Shown: positions 25,500 through 38,067, counted from the first letter of the stretch. The stretch is 64,000 bases of DNA from Basidiobolus meristosporus CBS 931.73 (GCA_002104905.1 MCFE01000001.1:248001-312000), one strand, 5' to 3'. Translations and numbers: made by a program. The notes: generated from the sequence alone by a model not told the origin.

Positions 25500-26170
25500 A
25501 TGGATTCCACACAGTCCACGATACCGTTGCTCCCAAGCGAAGGCAATCCTCTCCCCACTAATTGCCCAAAGTCCTCCCAAAAGCCATCTCCCTCGTTCCT
25601 CAACATCATAGGTAGGGATCCATCTTACCTCAGTCTACTCCTCATTCCATGCTCCCGGTTCTAACTGCTCTCCTCACAGCCTCTACATATCAAGGCAACA
25701 TCGAAGCCAATATCCGGGCCATGGACTCGTTGTTCAATACGAACTTCCATGAGTGGATCCGCAACGATCGGAATGTTCACTGTATTGCCCTTAGGCTGCG
25801 TTCCATGGACGGTGAGTTCGAGCTCCGTCAGCTAGCCAATGTGATGCAGTGGATAGCCGCCGGCTGGCCAGAAAATCGCTGCCGGACTCTGTTCCAGCTG
25901 ATCACTGCCAGCTGGAGCGAGAGCAGAAGAAGAAGGCTGGCGTCGGAGCTTTTGTTGAGTGGCGGCTCTACGAAGGTGTGGTCACCCAAGAGCTCGGAGA
26001 ATAACTGTGCTCGTTGCTACAGGCCTCGGGTGGCACGTTCAATGCGGCTCCGTGCGGGTGCTCCATTCACCTACCTACCGCGAGAAGAGCTAAAAAGAAC
26101 CACTGAAAACCCATCACGGTCCACATCCCATGCATCCCCGTCGGTGCGTCCCAGCTCGTCCGGGCTCTAA
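25500..26170 (+). CDS. Hypothetical protein (2 exons, about 200 aa), function unknown
   Basis: ATG at 25500 and a 37-codon exon; intron 25612-25679 (GTAGGG...CTAAC...CACAG) splices in phase 1 into the long ORF (FNTNFHEWIR...LANVMQWIAAGW...LITASW). Confidence 0.7.
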
Positions 26171-26775
26171 AACACCATCCACCAACCTGTATTTATTCCT
26201 CCACTCAAAAGCACTCTAATCACGACATTCCACATGCATCGGGGCATCACTAATATTCTCCCCCCATCTCGTTGTATATTCTTCATCTGGCAGAGCCATC
26301 CCAATCCCCCGGCCTCTACAAAAACCACTCGTCCATGCGAATAAATGAAAAATCCACCATCTCCTGTCGTCAACCAAAGCAATCTGTCCAAGTAAAGGAT
26401 AAATGATGATCGCGCCCCATATGGGAAACGGGTGAAAAACGTGCTGCGTTTAATTCAAACTTGTTTGCCACGGATGCCACGTCCAGATGGAGTGAAATGA
26501 AATTCATTAGCCCTAGTTGGCCGCAATTGGCGGTATGCGGATTGGCAACCTCGTCACTCCGCCCGGTATATGCACCGCCCAATACTACTGCATTCGTGAT
26601 GGATGTTTGCATAAAGATATTTATTGAGTGGATGATGTGGCTTAGTTGTGGGTAAATTGCGAGAAACTTGTGTAAACCCTAGGAGGGGAATTCTGATTGG
26701 ATTTGGAAATGGCAAGTAAAAAGAATTTCCACCTTTGATTGGGATGTTTTTGTTGGGTGCGCTTGCAATCTTGAC

Positions 26776-28363
26776 ATGTTTCAACGTATATCAGTGCTGG
26801 CGAGAGTGGGGCAGAGAGCGTCCGTAAGGGCTCCCAGAGCCCTCTCCCCTCTCGCATGCCAAAGAGTAAAGGAAATCTCCGCCTACAGACAGGTGCCCCA
26901 CGCCCGTAGCATGTCTTTCGTTTCCAAACTGTTTCCTGAGGTTCATCAGGACGAACCACCGATAAAGCCCCATTATCGAAGGGTAGACAGCCTCGACGTG
27001 GCCAAGGAGGCATCCCCTCCTAGGGGGACCACCATGCTGGTGCGCGACTTCATCGATGATTCCCTGTACAACCCCAACTACGGGTACTTCTCAAAGCAGG
27101 CGGTCATTTTCTCCCCCGAGCAGGAATTCGACTTTAAAGTGATGAAAGACAACCTGGAATTCATGAACATTCTCGGAAAGAAGTACCGCGAGGTGGAGAC
27201 AGACTACAACGAAATCGACGACATTGCCCGACAGGTCTGGCACACGCCAACCGAGTTGTTCAAGGTAAGTGGCTTCTTCCGTTTCGAACGAGAGCGCCTA
27301 CTTGGCTAACGCCTTCCCTCCCCTCCAAAGCCCTGGTATGGATATGCTATTGCCAAGTACATAGTGACCGAGTACAAGCTCAACAACTATCCTCACAACG
27401 ACCTAATCATCTACGAGATGGGCGCGGGTAACGGCACCCTAATGCTCAACATCCTCGACTACATTCAAAAGTACGAGCCTTCGGTGTATCAACGCACCCA
27501 GTACAAAATCATCGAGATCAGTTCCAAGTTGGCGCAAAGACAGGCGGAGCGTCAGGAAGTCCGCGACGCACAAAACGTGCACGATTGCGTTCAGATTATC
27601 AATCGGTCGATCTTTGACTGGGACGCGCCAGTTACCGATCCTTGCTTCTTCATCGGCTTGGAGGTCATCGTAAGTGAGCATTCCCCTGCCAGCTGTGCCC
27701 CACTCACCAACCGCTTTTTCTCCCAAGGACAACTTCGCTCACGATCTGATCCGATACGACGTGGTCACCGGCCAGCCTCTTCAGGGTGTGGTTGTTACCA
27801 ACGACGAAGGGGAGTACGAGGAAGTATTTGAGCCGGTCACCGACCCTCTGATTCAGAGATACCTCGCTCTGCGTAAACTAACCCCCTACAAGTCCCCCGC
27901 GTTGAAGAAGCTCTTGCTCCGGAAGTTGCGCAACTACCTGCCCTTCGGGCTGAATCTCTCCTCCCCCGAATTCATTCCCACCAAAGCGCTCGTTCTGTTG
28001 GAAAGCTTGAAGGAGCACTTCCCCAACCACCGTCTGATTCTGGGCGATTTCTACTCGCTTCCCGACTCGGTGGAGGGGGTGGACGCGCCTGTGGTCCAGA
28101 CTAGATACCAGAGAACCATGGTCCCATGCTCCACCTACATGGTTCAGCCCGGATGGTTCGACATCTTCTTCCCGACCAATTTCGAGTTGCTCAGCGATAT
28201 CTACGAGCTGGTTTGCCGCTCCGACATCCCGGATAGCTCGGTCAAGGTGATCACGCAGAAGGAGTTCCTGGAGCGCTACGCGGAGGTGGAGCAGACAGAG
28301 ACGCTCTCCGGAGAGAATCCCATGCTCACCTACTACGAGAACAACAAGTTCTTGTTGACATGA
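26776..28363 (+). CDS. MidA/NDUFAF7-family (DUF185) SAM-dependent protein arginine methyltransferase, mitochondrial, 3 exons
   Basis: MLVRDFIDDSLYNPNYGYFSK, VWHTPTELFKPWYGYAIAKY, IYEMGAGNGTL, LEVIDNFAHD, QPGWFDIFFPTNF. Confidence 0.92.
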
Positions 28364-28573
28364 GCGCATAGCTATTCACCGGCCCATTCCTCTGCATCAC
28401 ATCTCATCATGATTCCAATAAACAATTCGTTCCATTGAAACCGGGAGATAATTGCGACACAGTTGGTTAATCTTCCGTGGGTGTTTCATCCACCCGGCAG
28501 GTATATAGGCAGGTGGGCGCAAGTGGCCACCCATCTCTCCTCATTGATATTGGGTATGTTTGGTGCTAGACAG

Positions 28574-29149
28574 ATGATGTCTTTCGTGAACAAGCTGATC
28601 GCTTATCCCGTGATGTGCACCGCATTCCTCTCGGTGGTTGTCGCAGGGTTGCCCAGATATCATGAGATTGCCCGCAGCAGCTTCAAAGATTTCGCCCCAA
28701 TGATAGACTTGGTTTCCCGGCACTCGACGGACAAGGATCAGTTCGGAAGAGGCAGAATGAATCGGCTCAAGAGCATGGAGTTTCCTATCTACGGGAAACA
28801 CCTCCGGCTCCAAAAGAGACAGATCTCCATGCAGGGTATCGTGCTGGCTGCGCCCTTCATGCAGTCCATACAAAAGGTCACCCAGGGCATTATCTCCACT
28901 CTGCTGAAGAATATCCGGCTAGGCCCCAAGTCGGTGGCCATCGACGTGAACTCCATGGCCAAGGCACTCGGCGCGCAGATGGACTTGTTAAAGAAGCAAG
29001 GAGCCATCCACCGGGAATCCAAGATTGATGCGATGCAGATGGCCCGCTACGTCAAGAACCTGGAGAATCAGGGGAAATTTGCCAATGTGAAGGGAGATGC
29101 AGTGGCTTTGCAACTAGCCTTGCTGAAGAATTTGCTGAGCTCCCGATGA
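28574..29149 (+). CDS. Hypothetical, probably secreted protein (about 190 aa, intronless)
   Basis: Open frame with a signal-peptide-like start (MSFVNKLIAYPVMCTAFLSVVVAG), coding-like codon usage and no recognisable domain. Confidence 0.6.
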   Translation: MMSFVNKLIAYPVMCTAFLSVVVAGLPRYHEIARSSFKDFAPMIDLVSRHSTDKDQFGRGRMNRLKSMEFPIYGKHLRLQKRQISMQGIVLAAPFMQSIQKVTQGIISTLLKNIRLGPKSVAIDVNSMAKALGAQMDLLKKQGAIHRESKIDAMQMARYVKNLENQGKFANVKGDAVALQLALLKNLLSSR

Positions 29150-29274
29150 GACCCGGTACATGGCTGCCTATTTATTCATGTCACCTTAGTTTATCCATGT
29201 ATTGTTGACGAGAGATACACTGCAATAAAGCGCGTGAACGCACAGAAATAATCGGCTGCATTGGACAATCCACA

Positions 29275-30058
29275 ATGGGCCCTCATGGCCATAAAAGAGC
29301 TGCGCACCGGACGAGCCCCGGTATGGTGCCTATTCAGCAGTTACCCCATACCGTGGCATTGAAGGTGATCCAGTATCTGGATATCGATTCCCTACTCAAT
29401 ATTCCAAAGTCACTGGTGCATTGGAACCTGGCGGCAGAGCAGGAGATATGTCGCTACCTGAGTGAGACCAGAATAGCACTGATACCGAAGGGGCACCAGA
29501 TGCGGAGCGAGCTGTACTGGCCCAAATTACACTTCACCTACCTTTGATATCATATCTGGGGAGGCAGTGTTCGACGTGGTCGAATCCAGCCCAGTGAAAT
29601 ACCATCTGAAGAATCCCCGGAGCCTGTCACTGGAGCAGATACTGTTTGAGAATCTGCATAGGCCCGGCAAGAAACTACAGGGTGTGGAATATCTTCTGAA
29701 GGCTCCGGTGAGTATACCACTGCGACCACAAGGAAACCTCCAGCTCACAGAGAAGAAGCACCTCTGGGACTTCTTCTACCACGTCCTCTCGGTGTCGTCC
29801 ACGTCGTCGGAGGTTCACTTTACTCCCCTGACGTTCCAGTGCAACATCAACTTCCTGTTCCCCTCCAAAAACCTTTCCAACCCGAAGTTCCTGACCCCCA
29901 AAAAGCTCCAAACCCTGTGGCGCAAGATGACCTCCAGAAACCCACCCATGCAGTCCATCTTCCCAGATCCGAAAAAACACACCACTGTCAGGTCGGTCCT
30001 GGGGACCAAGCTGTTCATCCGCACCAAATCCCGAGCTAGATTTGTTGAAATAGAATAA
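29275..30058 (+). pseudogene. F-box protein gene with a reading-frame break at about 29542-29547 (frameshifted, possibly recoded, or spliced)
   Basis: F-box-like IQQLPHTVALKVIQYLDIDSLLNIPKSLVHWNLAAEQ; the frame ends at TAC CTT TGA and continues in the +1 frame as (F)DIISGEAVFDVVESSPVKY to 30058. Confidence 0.65.
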
Positions 30059-30547
30059 ATACCCGATCCATCAAAGGGAAAAGTAAATTAGCAAGTAGGG
30101 TGCAAATGGGCAAAAAGGGTGGTCGGAGGTCAGCGTCGAGGAAATCCACGTCCATTTCTGATCACAGACTTACCAAGGCCGACCTGCCCCGCCAAATATT
30201 GGATTCATGTTATACATGAGGATTGGAATTACCCAAATCCGTTATTATCCTTACTCATTAATTAAGACATGCAAACTACTTCAATTTCATTTATAAACCA
30301 CTGGATGGTGGGCGAGTGAAAGGTTATGGGATACCGTTCGACCACCGTTCATGCCATCCCTTTACGTCACGCTCGATTCTCGAATACTAATCGTGGTCGC
30401 TTTAATAATCAACTAATGGTCCGAAGGTTATACTGAAAGTCGACTAACTTATTTCCCCAACTAACCAAGTTATCCTTTTCACGAAGCCACAGCAGCATAG
30501 ACTCCCTCATACTGCTCTCCCTCGTTCCACTCCAATAAACCTCAGCA

Positions 30548-32429
30548 ATGGCTTCCGCGGTATTCCTCCTCGACCTCAAGGGAAAAGTCCTCATCTCTCG
30601 CAACTACCGGGGTGACATCCCTATGACCGTCGTAGAGAACTTTATGCCCTTGCTTCTGGAGGCCGAAGAAGATGAGCAGACCCTGACCCCAGTCATCACC
30701 CATGAAGGAATCAACTATCTTTATATCCGCCACAACAACCTTTATTGTATCCTTTTAAGCTTCCTTCAGCCACTCGACTCTTTCTCCCGTTTGCTTTCCT
30801 TAGCCCAGTCTCCGTGCTTCTTTAGTGCTCGCCATCACCAAGAAGAACTCTGACGCTACCACCCTCCTGGTGTTTCTGCATAAACTGACCCAGGTACTTC
30901 CCACCCCTGTTGCACAGTGTGGCTTAATACTCAACCGAACAACTCCATTCTATTCTTGCAGGTGTTCACAGAGTACTTCAAGACACTTGAGGAAGAGTCC
31001 ATTCGAGATAACTTTGTCATCATCTATGAATTGCTTGACGAGATGATGGATTTTGGTTATCCGCAGACCACCGAAACCAAAGTGCTCCAAGAGTGCGTTT
31101 GTTCCGTTATGCTTACTCAGTGGCCTCGCCTAATAGCGTTTTCTGGTTAGGTATATCACACAGGAAGGGTACAAGCTCGAAACCCAAGTCAGACCGCCTA
31201 TGGCAGTCACCAACGCGGTCTCTTGGAGAACCGAGGGAATCCGGTATCGCAAGAATGAGGTCTTCCTCGACGTGGTCGAATCGGTCAACTTGTTGGTAAG
31301 CGGCATGAATGCCCGGCAGCATTTCAACTCCACTCCATATGTAACGGTAATGCGTTAGGCCAACGCCAATGGGAATGTGCTGCGAAGTGAGATCCTTGGA
31401 AGCGTCAAGATGCGTGTCTACCTCAGCGGCATGCCCGAGTTAAGACTGGGCTTGAACGACAAGATCCTATTCGAGAACATCGGCAGAAGTAAGTGCGTTC
31501 GACCTTTTATTGGGGCTGGGATGTGCCTCTTACCTTCGGAACACCCCAAGATGTCGGCAAAGGAAAGGCCATTGAAATGGAGGATGTCAAGTTCCACCAA
31601 TGCGTCCGATTGTCCCGCTTCGAGAATGATAGAACCATCTCGTTCATTCCACCAGATGGTGAATTCGAGTTGATGAGTTATAGACTAAACACCCAAGTAA
31701 GTGGCAATCTCCACCTCTGCTGGAGCATTGACTCACCCACCACCCCATCTACAGGTTAGGCCTTTGATCTGGTGCGAAGCTTTCGTAGAGTATCACACTG
31801 GTAGAATTGAGTACATGATCAAGGTAGGCTGGCCTCTCCCCTTCTCCCCCGACCATTCCACTGACATCGTGCACCCCTTCGTAAGGCCAAGGCCCAATTC
31901 AAAAGACGCAGCAGCGCCAACAACGTAGAGATCCTTGTCCCAGTTCCCGACGATGCCTCCTCACCAAGATTCAAATGCTCCATGGGCTCTGCCTCCTATG
32001 CCCCCGAAAAGTCCGCCATGTCTTGGAAGATCAAGCAATTCCCCGGCAGCCGAGAATTCATTCTTCGTGCTCACTTCAGCCTTCCCAGTGTTAAAGGAGG
32101 TTAGTTCTATGCGCATCGATCTCGTCTAACGTCCCTCTCACCGGCACCACCATGTAGAGGAGGAGCTGGATAAGAAGCTACCGATCTCGGTGAAGTTCGA
32201 GATTCCCTACTTCGTCCCATCCGGCATCCAGGTTCGGTACTTGAAGATTGTCGAGAAAAGTGGATATCAAGCCCTCCCGTGGGTCAGATACATCACTCAG
32301 AACGGAGGTTGGTGGCGGTTGGAATGGTCGCCTCTGATAGCATACTGACATTGATGTTTTGTAGATTACCACCTTCGCATGCCGGAGCCCATCAAGAATG
32401 GTGGATCTAGCTCATTGCCACCTATCTAA
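30548..32429 (+). CDS. APM1: AP-1 adaptor complex mu subunit, multi-exon
   Basis: [114 protein letters not shown]. Confidence 0.97.
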
Positions 32430-32437
32430 CAAATCCC

Positions 32438-32485
32438 GGCTCATTCCCTGGCTCATTCCCTGGCTCATTCCCTGGCTCATTCCCT
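32438..32485 (+). repeat. Tandem repeat (GGCTCATTCCCT)x4 in the APM1 3' region
   Basis: Four exact 12-bp units read directly. Confidence 0.9.
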
Positions 32486-32656
32486 TTGAATGTATATACA
32501 TGATTCAACCACCCCTATTTACCCGTCATCACCAGCCAATCACCAGCCATCAATAATTTCCCATGTTCACCTATGCCGAAAGAGAGGTCTTATTGATATT
32601 AAAGGGTTAGGATTAGGGCTTTGCTGTGAGGGTGGTGATGATCTATTAGGGTTGTT

Positions 32657-32726
32657 CTCATTAGGGCCTCCATTTATTAGGTTTGCTCTCATTAGGGCCT
32701 CCATTTATTAGGTTTGCTCTCATTAG
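32657..32726 (+). repeat. 31-bp tandem duplication plus a partial third unit, rich in TTAGG
   Basis: CTCATTAGGGCCTCCATTTATTAGGTTTGCT at 32657 and 32688. Confidence 0.9.
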
Positions 32727-32843
32727 CTTGCTGATATTAAATGGCACTGGTTGTGAGTGGTGGTGCCTTCATTGCAGATTAAACAGTGTCTCATTCTAAT
32801 CAGACGATGATGCTTATAAAAGATTATGAAGCGAACGAGGTTG

Positions 32844-33095
32844 ATGTCAATGTCAAGATTTCTCCTAATCGTTACTCTACAGCTCATTACGTCGCTGTAC
32901 GTTGTGGCCCTTCCCTCCCAACCCTTAGCTGACGTTACCAACGCTCCAATAGACCCCCAACGCATCTCGAAATTCTCGAAACCGAGATCCTATCTCACTT
33001 GGCTGACCGTGGTGCAGATCCTCGGCGAGCCTGAGCCAGAGCACCTGGTCCCAAATGAAGCCACTGGGGACTTGATATTCCCGCTGAAGAACTAA
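32844..33095 (+). CDS. Candidate small secreted peptide (about 83 aa)
   Basis: MSMSRFLLIVTLQLITSLYVVA-LPSQP signal-peptide-like start; isolated ORF between APM1 and SRP101. Confidence 0.5.
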   Translation: MSMSRFLLIVTLQLITSLYVVALPSQPLADVTNAPIDPQRISKFSKPRSYLTWLTVVQILGEPEPEHLVPNEATGDLIFPLKN

Positions 33096-33150
33096 CCTTC
33101 AATGTAATCCTACACGTCATCCAACAATTGGTTTGAATTCCACCGGATCA

Positions 33151-33205
33151 ATATCATGGGAATTAGAATAAATGGGTTATATCATGGGAATTAGAATAAA
33201 TGGGT
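33151..33205 (+). repeat. 27-bp direct repeat (ATATCATGGGAATTAGAATAAATGGGT) x2
   Basis: Copies at 33151 and 33179. Confidence 0.85.
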
Positions 33206-33344
33206 CGGTGATTTGGAATTCATGATGATTTGTTAATACGATCCTCGAGAGAGCGGCGCTGAGTGCGAGTGCGAGTGCGATTAAAGTCCTCGAGAAACCA
33301 CTGCTTGCTTCCAGCCCATTTTTCCCACTGTTTGTCTCGAGAAT

Positions 33345-35678
33345 ATGATAGATCTGATTACTGTACTGACCAAGAGTGGTATCGTGTTGTGGTCCAAATC
33401 GTACGCTTCCATCCAAGGCTCTCCGATAAACTCGTTGGTGAAAGAGGTGTTGATCGAAGAACGCGGTGGGGATAACACCTACACTCGCGATTCTTATGTG
33501 CTCAACTGGACTTTCGCAAACGAGTTGGATCTGGTCTTCGTGGTATGTGAGGTGTATCCTCGACAACAAAATATGCTACATACTAATCGTTACCCTTACA
33601 ACCACAACCGTGCCATCTTCCTCCGCTAGATTGTCAACCAGAAGATCTTACAGCTCACCTACATAGATGAACTCTTGGAAACGGTCAAGCAGGTGTTTTG
33701 CAAGGCATACGGCCAGGAGGTAAAACTCCAAGGGGAACTACCCGTCATCGAGTTCGACAACAAATTTGAAACCATCCTTCAACACGTCGAGTCAAAGGAT
33801 GCTCAAGCCAGAAAATCCAGGGTTCCCAAACGTTTTGAGGAAACAAAGAAATTCAACAACACCCTGGAAGGTTCCAAGGTGAAGCCAGGTACGTACCGCG
33901 TATCGCTCCCTGGCCACGAAGCGTTTCACTAAGTATTTCGCTTGATTTCCCCCACGCCACTCATGTCACAGCCAGCAAGCAAGAGACTGGCACTGTGGAT
34001 CCGGACGAGATTGCTAAAAATATTGAAGCACTGCGCTCCCGCAAGTCACCCAAGATGGGAGGGAAGAACCCCCGTGGGAAGAAGGTCACTCAATCCCCAA
34101 CTTTGTCAGAGTAAGTTTCTCTAGCTGCGTAAATTAGCGTATTAGCACATGCTGAATGTTTCTCCTCCTACCAGCGACGGGGTGAAGAAGGGTAAGAAGA
34201 AGGAGCTCCGAGTATGGGATGATGGAAAGGTAACCAAGTCGCAGATGGAGCGACTGGATTACAGTAACAAGGAGGCTGGTGACCAACAGCAGCATAATGC
34301 TGGGTTGGAGCAGTTGGTAAGCGGGGGAACCGAGTAGCCTTTTCGAACTGTTCATGGCATTGACTCAGGTCTCAACAGGTCGACCGGAATGCATTTAAGA
34401 AATCCTCTGAAGAAGGGATATTTGAGGTCCAGGATCTCTCCGAGTCTGAGGAGAGTGACTTTGAGATCGCTGGCGAGGAAGCCGCTGCACCTGACAGCCG
34501 GTTTATGTCTTTCTTCAAGTCGGTTACTGGGCAGAAGGTGATCACCGAGGAAGATCTGAGACCAGTGCTTGCACAAATGAAAGAGCATCTCATCAAAAAG
34601 AACGTTGCTGCCGACATCTCTGCCCATCTGTGCGAGTCGGTTTCCAAGAGCATTGTTGGACAAAAACTGGGCAGCTTCGATAGTAAGTGTGCCGACAGCA
34701 GAGTAATCGGCGGCCTTTCATTGACCATGATTTAAATCACTTGTAGGTCTAGCAAAGGCGGTAAAGCGTGCCATGGAATCTGCGCTCAAGAGGATCCTAA
34801 CCCCTCGCACTTCCGTCGACTTGTTGCGTGACATCGCTGTCGCTCGCCAGGAGAACCGTCCATATAGTATAGTGTTTATTGGTGTTAACGGGGTGGGGAA
34901 ATCCACGAACCTTTCCAAAACCTGCTTTTGGCTGCTGCAGAACAAAATGAAAGTACTGATCGCTGCCTGCGATACGTTCAGATCTGGTGCAGTTGAGCAG
35001 CTGCGTGTTCATGCTCGCAATCTCAAGGCGCTCGAACAGAACGCCGTCGTCGACCTCTTTGAAAGAGGCTACGGCAAGGATTCGGCCACTATTGCCAAAG
35101 AGGCCATTGCATATGGTAAGAACGCAGACCACCCCCGACATTTCCGGAACTTGTCCTCTAACTTCCCCCGTATAGGTAAGACGAATGGGTACGACGTTGT
35201 TCTAATCGATACTGCCGGGCGTATGCAAGACAACGAACCGCTGATGCGTGCATTAGCCAAGGTAACCGTTAGCCTAGACCGACTCTATTCCGCTCAACCT
35301 CTAACGCTTTTACAGCTTGTTTCGGTGAATAATCCTGACAAAATCATCTTCGTGGGTGAAGCACTGGTCGGTAACGAGGCTGTCGACCAATTGAAGAAGT
35401 TCAACCAAGCCTTGAAGGATTTCTCCGGGCTTCAGAACCCCCGTCACATTGACGGAATCATTCTCACCAAGTTCGACACGATCGATGACAAGGTAAACAC
35501 GACCATAATTGCATTAAGCAGAGCAATCCGCTGACTTCTTACACACAAGGTTGGTGCTGCGCTGTCGATGACCTTTACCACTGGGCAGCCGATCCTCTTT
35601 GTCGGCACTGGGCAGACCTACACTGATTTAAAGAACATGCGTGTGGGCAATGTAGTTCAAGCATTGCTGAAGGATTAG
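33345..35678 (+). CDS. SRP101: Signal recognition particle receptor alpha subunit, multi-exon
   Basis: [16 protein letters not shown] longin domain; [55 protein letters not shown]; ends LLKD*. Confidence 0.97.
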
Positions 35679-36080
35679 TGGAGATTGTTTACGTTTACTT
35701 TTTAATATCCAGCTTCACGAGGTTTCTGTATATAAATCATCTCAATCACCTAAATCACCGCCAGTCAATAAAATGCTATATTTGGACCTGGCTATCTTTA
35801 CATCTACGGGCATCTATATTAAGCAGCCACTCTTTGTCTATTACATTTGCATGCCCTATAGGCCAAGTTGGATTGTCGTTTAAAGTTCAATAGCCAACGC
35901 ATGAATCTATCTTGATTGGCTTGTGGAATCTTCGACAACATCTCCTCCACACAAACCAATCAAGTAATATTTCGAATTGCCTACCAAAAAGCGGATTGAC
36001 TCGGGTATTGTATACACGCAACGTGTTGGTTAAATAGCCCCCTGGCATGAGCCAATGACCCTTTACCCAAGGTTATCGTA

Positions 36081-37852
36081 ATGTCCTTCGACCTAGACAA
36101 CATCAAACAAGCTTCTGCTAGCCATCCCGTGCCAGAGGGTGTGACCTTTGCCTATGGTACTGCTGGTTTCCGTATGCAGTAAGTGCCGGTTGCTCTTTGC
36201 TGCTTTGAGCGGGTCGCTTACGTTTCTTACCTCCCTCTAGTGCCGACCTTTTGGATTCCGTCATCTTTAGAACTGCTATCTTGGCCGTCCTTCGCTCCAA
36301 GAAACTCGACGGCAAAACCATTGGTATCATGATCACCGCCTCCCACAACCCTGAGCAGGTTCATCTTGACGATTTTTTCGCATCCCTTCACAGCGGCGGC
36401 TGACCATACTGTTTCTAGGATAACGGTGTAAAGGTTGTCGACCCTTTGGGTGAGATGCTCGAGCAAAGCTGGGAAGTTTACGCTACTCAGCTTGCCAACG
36501 CCCGCACTCCCTCAAATCTGGTCGAGGAGCTCGTGAAGATCATTCTTGCTGCCAAGATCGATCTCTCCAAGCCAGCAAGAATCGTCTTCGCCAGAGACAC
36601 AAGGCCCAGTGGCCCAGCTCTGGTTACCTCCTTGATCGATGGTTTGAAGGCTACTGAGGCTCAGTTCATCGACCATCAAATCAAGACCACTCCTCAACTT
36701 CACTACGTGGTTCGTTGCCTGAATACCGCTGGCACCCCTGAGGCATACGGAGAGCCTACCGAAGAGGGTTACTACAACAAGCTCGCCATCGCATTCAAGA
36801 AGCTCACCCAAGGCAAGCGTAGACTCTCTCCTTTGTACGTTGACTGTGCCAACGGTGTGGGTGCTCCTAAGCTTCGCAACTTGGCCAAGGTAATCGGCGA
36901 AGATACCCTCGAGGTCAACATCGTCAACGACGAAATCGATACCAAGGGCAAGCTCAACTTCCAGTGTGGTGCTGATTTTGTGAAGGTCAATCAAAACTTC
37001 CCCCACGGTATGTCGCTTAGCTATGGTGATCGTGCTTGCTCCTTCGACGGGGACGCTGACCGTATTGTCTACTACTATGTGGACTCTGACAACAAGACCT
37101 TCAAGCTTTTGGACGGTGACAAGATCTCTGGTTTGGCTGCCATGTACATCAGAGAGCTTGTCCAGGCTGCTGGCTTGGAGGGTGTGAATGTTGGGGTGGT
37201 ACAAACTGCTTACGCCAATGGCAACTCCACCACATACCTCACCAAGAACCTTGGTCTTCCAGTGTCTTGTGTATGCACTGGTGTCAAGCATCTTCACCAC
37301 GAAGCCGAGAAGTATGATGTCGGAGTCTACTTTGAAGCCAACGGTCACGGCACTGTCGTTTTCAGCCCCCAAGCCATGCGCACTATTCATACCACCGAAG
37401 GACGCACTCCTGCTCAGGCTGCTGCCATTGAGCAATTGCGTGCTTTGACCGAGGTGATCAACCAAGCGGTTGGTGACGCCATTTCGGACATGTTGCTTGT
37501 GGAGGCTATCCTTACCCACCGTCAATGGAGCTTGAAGGAGTGGGATCAAGCCTACACCGACTTGCCCAGTCGCTTGGTTAAAGTGGTCGTCGATGATCGT
37601 ACCATCTTCAAGACCACCAAGGCTGACACTGTATTGACCTCTCCTGAAGGATTGCAGTCCAAGATCGATGAGCTTGTTGCCAAATACAAGGATGGGAGAT
37701 CTTTCGTTCGTCCCTCCGGCACCGAAGATGTTGTCCGTGTGTATGCCGAGGCTGCTACCCGCCACGAGTGTGACGAGCTTGCCTTCAAGGTCGGTGGGCT
37801 CATCTTCGACCAAGCTGGTGGTAAGGGCGACCGTCCCCGGGAATTCTTGTAA
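36081..37852 (+). CDS. PCM1: Phosphoacetylglucosamine mutase
   Basis: [68 protein letters not shown]. Confidence 0.98.
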
Positions 37853-38067
37853 GCGATCCAATTCGAATAGCATTTCACACTAATTGCAATCTCTGTTCAA
37901 TCCTGAATAAATTGAAATAACCTCCGTTTGTAATATAATCAGCTTATTTATTGAAATATCCATCACCCGATTGCTTTCGGTTTCTTTTATACATGTATAT
38001 GTATATATATAATTTATCTGGTTGATACTTTTTTGCTTATTTATATTTGATCGTATTATCCGCGTGC

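Noticed and set aside
21847-29149. Possible secondary-metabolite cluster (two methyltransferases, peroxiredoxin, orphans)
   Set aside because: No backbone enzyme (NRPS, PKS, terpene synthase or RiPP precursor) or transporter; the second methyltransferase is a mitochondrial MidA-family housekeeping enzyme.
36512-37873. 453-aa antisense ORF over PGM3 (similar shadows over RPL40, MidA and RPO41)
   Set aside because: Antisense shadow of strongly biased codon usage; no motifs.
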